Source: Candidatus Versatilivorator sp. (GTDB taxonomy: Bacteria > Acidobacteriota > Terriglobia > Versatilivoradales > Versatilivoraceae). From it: DNA of 64,000 bases. Numbering within the stretch: position 1 is the first letter of the stretch; each line of letters begins with the position of its first letter. Both the position numbers and the translations under genes were made by a program. Positions 21,173 through 30,508 of this stretch are shown here, one piece after another. The notes below the pieces were generated by a model, which had not been told where the DNA came from, did not search any database, and was given only the letters and a program-made list of their open reading frames with translations. The stretch lies in the NCBI GenBank assembly GCA_965207735.1, contig OZ242296.1, positions 4,864,001 through 4,928,000 on the forward strand, given 5' to 3'.

Positions 21173-21534
21173 TCCGGAACGCCCTCCCGATACGAAGAGC
21201 TGGCGTGCCTACGCCGCTCTGCAAGTAACCCTTGCAGGCGACGTTTCCGCAGGTGCCCCGCATCCATTGCGGCTTGCCCGCTCTCACCAATAGCGCGACA
21301 CTTCAGGTGGAGGGACCTCCTCTCTTGTGAGGGGCGCGCAAGCAAACCGGTGGCCGGGTGTGTTGTACTCATTGAGGCCTGTGGCCTGAGATTGCGGTGG
21401 GTAGGCGAGGTCAGCGACGTCCCCGGGTCCATTCCTGAAGGCAGTTTCCGACCGCACCAGTCCGGTGGGGCTCGGCGGAGCACTGTGCTATCATTCGACC
21501 TCTTGCTGCAACCCTCCATTTGACGGGAATCCCA

Positions 21535-22803
21535 ATGCCAGAGACCGCGGAGCCGGGGAGCCGGAACGTTTCAGGCGAAAACTCAAGCCGGCTGCGGGCC
21601 GCGCTGAGACTCAAGGATCAGGAAGTCTCCATCCTGCACCAGATCAGCCGTGCGATCAGTGGAATCCTGAATCTGGAAGACGTCCTGCACGAAATCATCG
21701 AACTGGTTTCCGATGTGACCAAGGGCGATTCCTGTCTCTTGTACCTTCTGGACCCGCCCCGGGAAGAACTGGTGCTGCGAGCTTCCAAGAACCCCCACCC
21801 CAGGATCATCGGCCGCATCAAGGTCAAGATTGGGGAGGGAATTACCGGATGGGTGGCCCAGGAACGCCAGCCGGTCGCCATTCAAAAGGACGCCAGCAAC
21901 GATCCGCGGTTCAAGCTGTTCCACAACCTTCCGGAAGACCGGTATCAGGCTTTTCTGTCGGTTCCGGTCATTACCAAGAACGAAGTGATCGGGGTCATCA
22001 ACGTACAGCATCGCCGGCCCCATCGCCACTCCGCCAGCGAGAAGAACCTGTTGATGACCATCGCCAACCAGGTCGGCGCCGCCATCGAAAACGCCCGCCT
22101 TTACGAAGAGGCCCAGCGGAAGGCCCTTCAGTTGGAGACCCTGTCGAACATCAGCAAGACCATCACCTCCCACCACTTTCTGGACGAAATGCTTCAGCTC
22201 ATCGTGGGAATGATGGCCGAGACCATGAACTCCCCCATCTGCTCCATCATGTTGTTGGACGACGAAGGCGAGGAGCTGGAAATCAAGGCCACTCACAGTC
22301 TCAGTCAGGCCTACGCCTCCAAGCCCAACATTTCGGTCCACCGCAGCCTGTTGGGGCGGGTGGTGAAGGGCCGAAAGCCCCTGGTCATCCGCGACGTCAC
22401 CCAGGAGCGGGGCTATGCTTATCGGGAATTGGCTCGCCGGGAAGGGCTCCGCTCCCTGGTCTCCGTGCCGCTGATGATCAAGGATTTCGTGATTGGCGTG
22501 TTCAATCTGTACAGTTCCCAGGAACGGAGTTTTTCCCGCGAGGAAATGCAGCTATTGACCTCGGTGGCCAACCAGGCGGCAGTGGCCATACAGAACGCCA
22601 AGCTCATGAGCGAAACCATCGCCATGAAGGAGGCCCTGGAGACCCGGAAGATCATTGAGCGAGCCAAGGGGATTCTTCTGCAGGAAGAACAGCTGGCCGA
22701 GGCTGAAGCCTACCGCCGCATTCAGCAAAAGAGCATGAAGCTGCGCAAGTCGATGCGGGAGATCTCGGAAGCCATCATCCTGGCCGCCGAAGTCAAGGGT
22801 TGA
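21535..22803 (+). CDS. GAF-GAF-ANTAR RNA-binding regulator
   Basis: Two GAF domains (FLSVPV..VIGVINV; LVSVPL..VIGVFNL) and ALETRKIIERAKGIL...AYRRIQQKSM. Confidence 0.92.
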   Translation: MPETAEPGSRNVSGENSSRLRAALRLKDQEVSILHQISRAISGILNLEDVLHEIIELVSDVTKGDSCLLYLLDPPREELVLRASKNPHPRIIGRIKVKIGEGITGWVAQERQPVAIQKDASNDPRFKLFHNLPEDRYQAFLSVPVITKNEVIGVINVQHRRPHRHSASEKNLLMTIANQVGAAIENARLYEEAQRKALQLETLSNISKTITSHHFLDEMLQLIVGMMAETMNSPICSIMLLDDEGEELEIKATHSLSQAYASKPNISVHRSLLGRVVKGRKPLVIRDVTQERGYAYRELARREGLRSLVSVPLMIKDFVIGVFNLYSSQERSFSREEMQLLTSVANQAAVAIQNAKLMSETIAMKEALETRKIIERAKGILLQEEQLAEAEAYRRIQQKSMKLRKSMREISEAIILAAEVKG

Positions 22804-22834
22804 GGGCAGAACAGGTTGAGGCCGATTTGAGTTT

Positions 22835-22956
22835 TTGGAATCGGTCGGATGGTCTCGGACGTGAATCCCCCGCGAAGCCTGCACTCCAACTCCGCAATTG
22901 CCGAGAGATTCAGAACGGCCGATTGAGGTTCTTCCAATTATTCAGCAACGTCCCCT
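22835..22956. repeat. MITE family B, partial (right arm)
   Basis: Direct repeat of 23727-23847. Confidence 0.8.
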
Positions 22957-23030
22957 GGTTTCTCTGCCTCTTGGGGAAACCTCGTTTTTGGGGCCAAGTC
23001 AAATAATTCGCGGTCACGACGCCGAAAAGT

Positions 23031-23363
23031 TCAGCCATCGCTACAGGCGGTGGCAATGGCAAGAGCCCGGCACACGTCGTTCATTTTCTCCGGCCCAACC
23101 GTACCGACAAATTTCTTCAAGCGAGTCTTTTCGACCGTCTGGACGTGGTCCAGGTTCACGGCCGAATCCATCTTCAACCCTTCTTCCACTCCCACGACAA
23201 CCTCACTTGGCGCTCCCCGAATCACGGACGTTACCGGCGCCACCATCACGGTGTGCAATAGTTCGATAACGTCTGGACGCGTTATCACCAGGACCGGCCG
23301 GCGCTTATCTGGACGCGAAAAGGAAAATAACCATATTTCACCACGTCTTATCCGTCCATCCAT
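23031..23363 (-). CDS. PemK/MazF-family toxin
   Basis: RRGEIW, KRRPVLVI, VAPVTS, SAVNLDHVQTV. Confidence 0.92.
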   Translation of the reverse strand: MDGRIRRGEIWLFSFSRPDKRRPVLVITRPDVIELLHTVMVAPVTSVIRGAPSEVVVGVEEGLKMDSAVNLDHVQTVEKTRLKKFVGTVGPEKMNDVCRALAIATACSDG

Positions 23364-23581
23364 GCAGCTTCATCCTCCCACCCCTTGAATTCATTCCCGA
23401 GGTCTGCATTGGAGCCATATGCCTTTTGGTACTGACGGGCAATCTCGACTCGACTTTGACGGGCCAGATACTCCGCTGCGGCACGGCGAAGAACTGCGGA
23501 TCGTCCAATCTGCTGTACTTCTTGAGCCTTGTCGAGTCTGGACAATAACTCTTCATCCATCGTAATCTGTATGGTCTTCAT
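23348..23581 (-). CDS. Ribbon-helix-helix (CopG) antitoxin
   Basis: MKTIQITMDEELLSRLD...RSAVLRRA; overlaps the toxin start. Confidence 0.88.
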   Translation of the reverse strand: MKTIQITMDEELLSRLDKAQEVQQIGRSAVLRRAAAEYLARQSRVEIARQYQKAYGSNADLGNEFKGWEDEAAWMDG

Positions 23582-23680
23582 AGCTATATTATATGTGGCA
23601 CCATGCTGTGTAGCAATGGAGTTCTTTCGCCGGAACCTCCGGCGGCTCGAGAGTGTCGCCGGCCACTGTCGGGTGGAAAC

Positions 23681-23847
23681 AGGGGACATTGTTGAATTAC
23701 CGGAAAACCTTGACTCACACCGGTTGTTGGAATCGGTCGGATGGTCTCGGACATGAATCCCCTGTCAGGCAGGCACTCCGACTCCGCCATCGCCAAGGGG
23801 TAGGAATGGCCAATTGAAGTTATTCCAAATATTCAACAACGGCCCCT
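23681..23847. mobile_element. MITE family B, complete 167-bp copy
   Basis: TIR aggggacattgttgaat / attcaacaacggcccct (15/17). Confidence 0.75.
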
Positions 23848-24074
23848 CGTTTCTGTCCCGAAAGGCGTTGAGCGGGAAAACTCACGGGGGATACAATGCA
23901 GGCAATCGGTTCGTCGTTGGCTGTCCGATGCCGAACGGGATCAAGCACCTTGTTTTTGGTGACCGGCAGAACAACAGAACACCTCATGGATTGTCCGATA
24001 CTGAAGGCCGTTGAGAAAAACCCCCGGCGGTCATCGCTCATCATTCCATTTAGACACCCGTCGGGACGGTCAGA

Positions 24075-25514
24075 ATGATAACTCATAGGAACTTTCCCAT
24101 CGGCAGCAGCGAGCGGCCCCTCCGGGTGGCCATCGTGGGCTCGGGTCCTTCCGGGTTTTACACTGCCGACACCCTATTCAAGCAGAAGGATCTCCACCTG
24201 AACGTGGACATGTTCGAGCGCATGGCCATGCCCTACGGGCTGGTGCGCTACGGCGTGGCTCCGGATCACCAGAAAACCAAGCAAGTCATTCGCACCTACG
24301 AAGTCACCGCGAGGGATCCCCGATTCCGATTCTTCGGCAACGTCCAGGTGGGCCGTGACCTGAAGGTGAACGAACTGCAGGAGCATTATGATCAGATTGT
24401 CTATGCCGTCGGATGTGGGTCGGATCGGCGCCTGGATATTCCGGGAGAGGATCTGCCGGGTAGCCACACGGCGACTGCGTTTGTGGCGTGGTACAACGGG
24501 CATCCGGATCATCGATACGACCGGTTCGATCTGTCCGCACGGCGGGTGGCGGTGGTGGGTGTGGGCAACGTGGCCATGGACGTCACGCGAATCCTGGTGC
24601 GGAATGCGGAAGATCTGGCCTCGACGGATGTCGCCGGGCACGCTTTGCAAGCCCTTCGCAGCAGCTCGGTTGAAGAGGTCCTGGTGCTGGGCCGCCGGGG
24701 ACCGGTCCAGGCCAAGTTCACTCCCAAGGAAATCCGGGAAATCGGCAGCCTTCCCAATGTGGATCTGGCGGTCAGACCCCAGGACCTGGAATTGGACCCG
24801 TCGACTCGCTCCCAAATGGAGAAGGACCGGTTTGCCCGCCGTAATTTCGAGTACCTGAAAGAGCGGGCTCACCAGGAGTTCCGCCCCGGATGCCGCCGCG
24901 TCCGCTTGCGCTTTTTCAGTTCGCCGGTGGAAATCGTGGCGAAACAGGGGCAGGTCGGATCCGTCCGGCTGGAACGGAATCGCCTGGTCTGGGATGAACA
25001 AGGACATTCCCGTTGCCTGGGCACCGGAGAGTTCGAGAGCCTCGAGGTTAGCCTGGTCTTTCGGTCGGTGGGATATCGGGGAGTCCCGATTGCGGGCATT
25101 CCCTTCGATGAACTCAAGGGCCTGATTCCCAACGCGGCCGGGCGGGTTCTACGCTCCCCCGGCGACGAAACCGGCGCCGGCGAGTACGTGGTGGGCTGGA
25201 TCAAGCGAGGCCCTTCCGGTCTTATTGGCGCCAACAGGCCGGACTCGGCGGAGACGGTCCGTGGGATGATGGAGGATCTCGAGGGCCGGGAGGCCAGGCG
25301 CTTTCCAGAGGGGAACCGTCAGGTCCTGGAACGTCGGCTCCTGGAGCGAGGAATCCGGCCCATTCGCTTTCGGGACTGGCAACTCATCGACACGGAGGAG
25401 CAGGAGCGAGGCCGAAGGCGGGGCAAGGTGAGGGAAAAGATCTCAGATCCGGCAGAAGTGGTCTCGTTGTTGAAAAAGAGTCAGCGCGCTGAAGGGGAAA
25501 ATCCGGCGCCATAG
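24075..25514 (+). CDS. Ferredoxin-NADP+ reductase (FprA/adrenodoxin reductase type)
   Basis: VGSGPSGFY, PYGLVRYGVAPDH, GVGNVAMDV, GWIKRGPSG. Confidence 0.93.
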   Translation: MITHRNFPIGSSERPLRVAIVGSGPSGFYTADTLFKQKDLHLNVDMFERMAMPYGLVRYGVAPDHQKTKQVIRTYEVTARDPRFRFFGNVQVGRDLKVNELQEHYDQIVYAVGCGSDRRLDIPGEDLPGSHTATAFVAWYNGHPDHRYDRFDLSARRVAVVGVGNVAMDVTRILVRNAEDLASTDVAGHALQALRSSSVEEVLVLGRRGPVQAKFTPKEIREIGSLPNVDLAVRPQDLELDPSTRSQMEKDRFARRNFEYLKERAHQEFRPGCRRVRLRFFSSPVEIVAKQGQVGSVRLERNRLVWDEQGHSRCLGTGEFESLEVSLVFRSVGYRGVPIAGIPFDELKGLIPNAAGRVLRSPGDETGAGEYVVGWIKRGPSGLIGANRPDSAETVRGMMEDLEGREARRFPEGNRQVLERRLLERGIRPIRFRDWQLIDTEEQERGRRRGKVREKISDPAEVVSLLKKSQRAEGENPAP

Positions 25515-25610
25515 TCGAGCCCCCGGTGGGAAATGCAGGCTGGCGAAAGCTCACGACCGCCACTACCTCCAATAGCCTTCCGTCAGGTGAAAACCATCAC
25601 AGAACACCCC

Positions 25611-26396
25611 ATGACGAAGTGGCGGTTCCCTGCCACTTTTTTGATAGTCGCGGCAGCAGGGGTATTCTCCGGAATCGCGGCCCAAGCGGGCGACTTTTAC
25701 TTGCGAGCCGGGGTCGGCCTCGAGGGGTCGAAGGAAACCCGGTTCAAGGACCAATCCTGCTCGAGCACCTCTCCGGCGGCCTTATACGGTTGTGGAACAG
25801 GAAACGACGGTGCGCCCACGAGTACGCTGGGCGATTTCGGCAGAATGGCCGGCTTCGAAGTCGGGATTGGCCGCGCCGTGGCGCCTGCCTTGCGGATGGA
25901 AGCTGTCCTGCAACACCGCCCGAGCTTTTCCTTCAAAGGCCGAGCCAATTTTGTCCAGACTTCGGCAAGGCAGTCGGTCTCTGCAGATTTGTCCTCCCTG
26001 TCCGGCATGATTGCCGCCTATGTGGATCTCCCACGGTTGGGCCTGAGAAAGTTCGGCCCGTTCAGTCCGTTTGTCGGGGGTGGAGCCGGCGTTTCTCGTA
26101 TCCAAATCGGCGAAACCCGCATGGAGTTTCCAAGAACGGCAACTATTGTTCCGGGTGGGCGGAGGATTGGTTTGGCCCGGATGCTGACGGCGGGCGTCGG
26201 GATAGCACTGACCGAGGCAGTGTTGGTCGATCTCGCCTATCGTTACACGAATTCCGGAGCCGCCGAGACGGGCAGAGCCACGGGACGGATTGTTTGGCAT
26301 GATGGAAGCCGCCAACCTCTGGAACTCAGTCTCGCCGAGACCCGGGCAAAGCTGTCGGGACAAGGGTTCCGGGTTTCCCTGCGCTACCTGTTCTGA
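25611..26396 (+). CDS. Outer-membrane beta-barrel (opacity/OmpA-like) protein
   Basis: Signal peptide, SPFVGGGAG, VDLAYRY, C-terminal LRYLF. Confidence 0.8.
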   Translation: MTKWRFPATFLIVAAAGVFSGIAAQAGDFYLRAGVGLEGSKETRFKDQSCSSTSPAALYGCGTGNDGAPTSTLGDFGRMAGFEVGIGRAVAPALRMEAVLQHRPSFSFKGRANFVQTSARQSVSADLSSLSGMIAAYVDLPRLGLRKFGPFSPFVGGGAGVSRIQIGETRMEFPRTATIVPGGRRIGLARMLTAGVGIALTEAVLVDLAYRYTNSGAAETGRATGRIVWHDGSRQPLELSLAETRAKLSGQGFRVSLRYLF

Positions 26397-26449
26397 ACGG
26401 TATTTCTCATTTGGGGGCTGCACTCTTGAGTAGAAGTGCAGGCTGGCGG

Positions 26450-27318
26450 GTAGAGTCGAGGACTGGCGCGTTGACTATAGGGTCCGGTGGCTATTCCGTC
26501 GCTTTCGCTTCGGGCCTCAGTCCGGCTCCCTTATCACGTTTCCAGTCCCCGCTCTCCGAACCGGACGTGCGGTTTTCCCGCATCTCGGCTCTCCAGTGGG
26601 ATCATGCGTCTCGCACACAGGTCCCCGCTCGCATCCGTGGACGACTCCTATGGGATTGGCACCCGTCCCCCACTCCATCCACTTCCGCTCCCGGGTTGCC
26701 GCCAGGCCTGTTGATGCCCTGACGACGCCGTCCTCCTCCGACGACCCTTTCACTTTTGCATGTGATGCTTCCGGAGTCTCCGGCCCTTTTTTGGTCGGGG
26801 TTTCAGGCTTTCGCCACTCCCGGGACCCTTCCCCCTTCGGTCACCGCTCCTCACCTGAGGCCCCTTCCCTCCACCGGTATTACCCGGCTTCTCCGGTACT
26901 ACAGGCCTCTCCGCCACCCTGTCGGCCTAGACTGACTCTCGCGAGCTTCCGGTTCGGTGCGTGCCTCACCACCCACAGGGCTTCCCATGTTGCTGCCTTC
27001 TTCCCCTTCCATGCGTGCCAGCGCCACTACCCCGGCGGGTCCAAAGGGGTGCCCGCGTCGCTCGCTTCCCCCTCCGTCTTCGGCCTTCCCCATTTCTCAG
27101 GTGGGTCGGCCCCCGCATTGCCCGTTTCGAGGCCTGCTCGACGTTCACTCGCGTTCCGGCCCGCATGCTCGCTGAACCGCCTTAAGCGGCCCTTTGACAC
27201 CAGAGGGCTTCAGACCATATCGTTACCTCCATGATCCGCCCTGGCTGCTACCAACCGGAGCGACAGTTGTTGGACGGGTTTCGCACCCGTTGGAAGAAGG
27301 CGCCTTTCCATGGCGCAC
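26450..27318 (-). ncRNA. ORF-less group II (IIB-like) intron, 869 nt
   Basis: 5' GTGCG at 27318; DIII gtagtacc..gggtaatacc..ggagggaagggg; DV gagccgagatgcgggaaaaccgcacgtccggttc; DVI ends ...ctcgactctAC at 26450; EBS1 (27093-27099) and EBS2 (27120-27125) are complementary to the 5' exon. Confidence 0.92.
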
Positions 27319-27331
27319 TGAGAAATACGGG

Positions 27332-27661
27332 CTATGGGGCAAACATTTCGGCCAGGACGTTCAGGACTGTTTGTGCAGCCTTGTCGTTGATCTTGCCCAG
27401 CCGTCCAAGCAGGCGTGTCTTGTCGACCGTGCGTATCTGATCCAGAACGATTTGCCCGCTTTTTTGCTGAAAGTGGACGGGAACGCGGGTGGGATAACGA
27501 GCACCTTTTGTTGTGAGAGGGGCAAGGATGACCGTGCCAATGTGTTGGTTCATTTCATTGGGAGAGATCACCACACATGGGCGGGTTTTCCGAATTTCGT
27601 GCCCCTTGGTAGGATCGAGTCTTACCAGGTAGACCTCGAAGCGGGCAACTACCATTCCCAC
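27332..27661 (-). CDS. PemK/MazF-family toxin
   Basis: RFEVYLVRLDPTKGHEIRKTRPCVVISP, LDQIRTVDK. Confidence 0.93.
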   Translation of the reverse strand: MGMVVARFEVYLVRLDPTKGHEIRKTRPCVVISPNEMNQHIGTVILAPLTTKGARYPTRVPVHFQQKSGQIVLDQIRTVDKTRLLGRLGKINDKAAQTVLNVLAEMFAP

Positions 27662-27903
27662 TCCGTGGTGTCCCATTGGGTAGCTGATGGAAACTCTTCA
27701 TCAAGAAGCGCGTCGTCCCTGTGTTCACGCATTTGCCGGAAGGCGTCATCCCATCCGCCCCGGGTCTGAGTAGCCGGACGAATGACCAGGTGGTCGTGGC
27801 GGGGTTCCAGTTCGACTTCGTCGTTGAAACGGTACTGTTCCAGGAGCACTTTCGGTATGCGTATACCACGCGAGTTGCCAATCCTTATCAGAGCAGCTTT
27901 CAC
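27649..27903 (-). CDS. AbrB/MazE antitoxin
   Basis: GTG start, IRIGNSRGIRIPK...WDTTEWEW; overlaps the toxin. Confidence 0.92.
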   Translation of the reverse strand: MKAALIRIGNSRGIRIPKVLLEQYRFNDEVELEPRHDHLVIRPATQTRGGWDDAFRQMREHRDDALLDEEFPSATQWDTTEWEW

Positions 27904-27998
27904 CGGAAGCCTCCCCTTCGCTAAAGTAATTACAATGTACATACATGAAAAGAAAGAGCCTGTCAAATCATGATGAGGCCTAATGATAAAGCCTCTGG

Positions 27999-29015
27999 CT
28001 AACCCTCCCCTCCCATCATGGCATTCTCTCGGGCCAACCCTGAGCGGTAGTCCCCCGAATAGACCATGACAAAGCCCTTGGGGCAGACGAGCTCCTCCTC
28101 CGGTTCCAGGATCCGATCGACATCGTAGTGGAACGAGACCTCGACCCGCCGGTCGCGGGCGGTCCCCACGGGTATGGTGAGTGCCCCCGACTCGGGAGGC
28201 CGGCTGGCCACGGTCATTCCCATGTCTCGGTTCCAGAAGGCCACCCGGGCGAATCCGGGAGTGGCGGTGGTCACGGTCCGGGAGAAGTCGATGTCGAGCA
28301 GGGGCCCGCCGGCCTCTCCATGGACAGGCTGATCCAGTTGAAAGCACTGGAAGGCGTGGCGAGGGGCCCGGGGATCGGTCAGGGAAGCATCCATGCGGTA
28401 GAACTGGTTGGTGATCCGGGTGATGCGGAGGGGGCGTTCCAGGTCCAGGTTGCGATAGACGGCCCAGATGATGGCCGTGTCCGGATAGGCCTCGTAATAC
28501 TCGACGACCATGGTCTTCTCGATCAGGACGCCGTCTTCGGTTTCGCCGTGGCCGGTGATCTTGAGGCGCTTCCCGGGGCCGAAGCGGCCTCTCACCTCGG
28601 AAAGGCCGATGTTCCGGTAGTCGACGTAGAAATCCAGGATCTCTTTTCCCTCAACCGAAATGAAGTGGCTGGGTCTGGCCAGGGTGGGATCGGGCGGGTT
28701 GTGGCTGAGAGCCAGGAGACGGCCGTCCTGCCGGAAGAAGAACCCGCAATAGAGCTCCCGATCGAAGCGGATCTGAATGGAGGAGTTGCGGAACCACACT
28801 TCCCCCTCGGCCACGGCAGTATAGTGGATTCCCCGGGAAAGCTCCGTCTGCCGCTGTCCGCCGCCGCACCCCAGGCAGAGGATCCAGAGGAGGAATCCGC
28901 TCAGCACCGCTCGGACGTGGGGTCGGGTTCCGATTCCGGTTCCCCGGCGCCATCCTGGAGCCGCCGGCTTGGAGGACTCCCAACGGTTTCGACGTCCGGG
29001 ATGGCAAGGCATCAT
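27999..29015 (-). CDS. Hypothetical exported protein/lipoprotein (start uncertain)
   Basis: Hydrophobic stretch ending LCLGC, followed by a beta-rich region. Confidence 0.6.
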   Translation of the reverse strand: MMPCHPGRRNRWESSKPAAPGWRRGTGIGTRPHVRAVLSGFLLWILCLGCGGGQRQTELSRGIHYTAVAEGEVWFRNSSIQIRFDRELYCGFFFRQDGRLLALSHNPPDPTLARPSHFISVEGKEILDFYVDYRNIGLSEVRGRFGPGKRLKITGHGETEDGVLIEKTMVVEYYEAYPDTAIIWAVYRNLDLERPLRITRITNQFYRMDASLTDPRAPRHAFQCFQLDQPVHGEAGGPLLDIDFSRTVTTATPGFARVAFWNRDMGMTVASRPPESGALTIPVGTARDRRVEVSFHYDVDRILEPEEELVCPKGFVMVYSGDYRSGLARENAMMGGEG

Positions 29016-29080
29016 GACTCTTCTTTGTCTGATTTCTGCCGTATACTCAGGTGCCTGTCGAGAAATGCGGGCGATACGCT

Positions 29081-29716
29081 TCACCCGGATCGAACCGCGG
29101 CCGCGGGGGCGGCCTCTATCCGCATCAGGTAGTCCAGGCAAAGCTGGGACCAGGTCTCCAGTTGCGGGCGGCGCCGCAGCAGTTGCTTGAGGGTGAGGAA
29201 GCGAAGGTCGGTGATACAGCCCTCTCTCTTGGTGACTTCCCGGTCATCCAGCCGGCAGAGGTGCACGATTCCCAGATGGACCCGCCCCACCGGCGTGGAA
29301 TCGTCGTTGAGAAGGCCCACCGGCTGGGTTGGGAAAATGCCGTCCAGGGAGAGTTCTTCCGAGAGTTCGCGCTGCAGGGCCGCCTCATAGAACTCCCGTC
29401 CACGATGGAACAGGCTTTCGTCCTCAGGATTGATGTGGCCGCCAATTCCGATCGAACCCATGTGGACCAGCCGCTTTTCCCCCGAGGCTTTTCCCCGGAC
29501 GTAGTGCAGCCAGCGGTCGCCCTTCCGGATCAGCACATAGGGAATCAGTTGCTTGAATTCAGGGTCCTGCTCGGCCTTGGACCTGGGCCGGAAACGGCTA
29601 TTGCGGGGATCCAGCAGCGCCTCCAGTCGGGCTTCCACCTCGGGTTGAAAACCTTGCCCGATCTCCAATGTCTGCAGCAATCGGCTCGGGACTCCCAGGA
29701 CCATCTCGTCCTTCAT
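29081..29716 (-). CDS. Predicted NUDIX-family phosphoesterase
   Basis: KQLIPYV, SIGIGGHINPED, RELSEE, VGRVHLG. Confidence 0.85.
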   Translation of the reverse strand: MKDEMVLGVPSRLLQTLEIGQGFQPEVEARLEALLDPRNSRFRPRSKAEQDPEFKQLIPYVLIRKGDRWLHYVRGKASGEKRLVHMGSIGIGGHINPEDESLFHRGREFYEAALQRELSEELSLDGIFPTQPVGLLNDDSTPVGRVHLGIVHLCRLDDREVTKREGCITDLRFLTLKQLLRRRPQLETWSQLCLDYLMRIEAAPAAAVRSG

Positions 29717-29865
29717 GACGCTCCCCGCTCAGAAACGCAGGCTTGAGGTTAGGTAGGATCCCCGGGAAATGCAACCTTGAATTTGCCTGCCGGCGCTCCC
29801 AATAAGCGGGCATCGCTTGACATCGTTACACCAAGGCCTAGAAATCATGTTCCCTGGCGCCACCC

Positions 29866-30208
29866 CCCACCGCATCAGCCTTCGCCATTCGGCGCTGCCG
29901 TTCGGAGGCGCCGCGTTGGCCCCCCTCCGCATCAGCCTTCGCCATTCGGCTCGGCTTCTGCGACTCCCCCTCAAGGGGGGAGTGATATCCGTGTTATGAA
30001 GAGGGAACGGAGTTTATGCGTTAGACCGGAAACATGGTTTACATCCTGCCCAGGAATGGGGCAAGAAGCCATGTGCAAGCCTCAAGTATCACTCCCCCCT
30101 TGAGGGGGAGTCGGCGAGAGGGCGGAGCCCGCTGTCGAGCCGGAGGGGGGCAAGCTCGGCGTCGCGAGAGGGCTCCGCCCGCAGTCGATCCGGAGGGGGG
30201 CAAACGCG
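29866..30208. repeat. Palindromic REP/CIR-like element, family C copy 2
   Basis: Reverse complement of 553-907. Confidence 0.85.
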
Positions 30209-30254
30209 GCGCTCCGTGAGTGACTGTCGGTGGTATGGGCCGGGGCCGCGGCTG

Positions 30255-30263
30255 TGCTATATT
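30255..30263 (+). promoter_or_regulatory. Extended -10 promoter of selC
   Basis: TGcTATATT ending 7 nt before the tRNA 5' end. Confidence 0.5.
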
Positions 30264-30270
30264 GCCAAAT

Positions 30271-30367
30271 GGAGGCGAAAAGGGTCTGGTGACTCTCCTG
30301 GTCTTCAAAACCTGTGCGTCGCGACGATGTCGGGACGGGTGGGTTCGATTCCCACACGCCTCCGCCA
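30271..30367 (+). tRNA. selC: tRNA-Sec (UCA)
   Basis: GGAGGCG/CGCCTCC acceptor, 6-bp D stem with TGGT loop, anticodon loop CTTCAAA, long variable arm, GTGGG-TTCGATT-CCCAC, G discriminator plus CCA. Confidence 0.95.
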
Positions 30368-30390
30368 GCCCCCTCCGAAGCTCCCGCCAT

Positions 30391-30490
30391 GCTCGCTAGA
30401 CCGTAGTGACCGCTACGCTTTTCGCTCTCGAGCACGCGCTGAGGGAAAAATTCCTGCGCCATGATCACACCCCCTGGTAAGAAATGCGGG
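30391..30490. repeat. MITE family A right arm
   Basis: Matches 9045-9144 and 49556-49656; ends cctggtaagaaatgcggg. Confidence 0.85.
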
Positions 30491-30508
30491 CAAGAGCTTG
30501 AAGCGCTC

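Noticed and set aside
21393-21459. tRNA-like segment ending ...ccgaccgcacca
   Set aside because: No TTCRA T-loop or cloverleaf; kept only as part of the structured-region finding.
21175-24074. ANTAR dual-hexaloop target near the ANTAR gene
   Set aside because: Could not find two adjacent hairpins with AxxGxx loops and proper closing pairs by eye.
26411-27234. Short ORFs across the intron region (e.g. 26596..27234)
   Set aside because: No RT motifs (no YADD); explained by ribozyme sequence.
30461-30508. ATG 30461 as the ALDH start (likewise ORF 49627..49935)
   Set aside because: The ATG and MITPPG codons come from the MITE arm.
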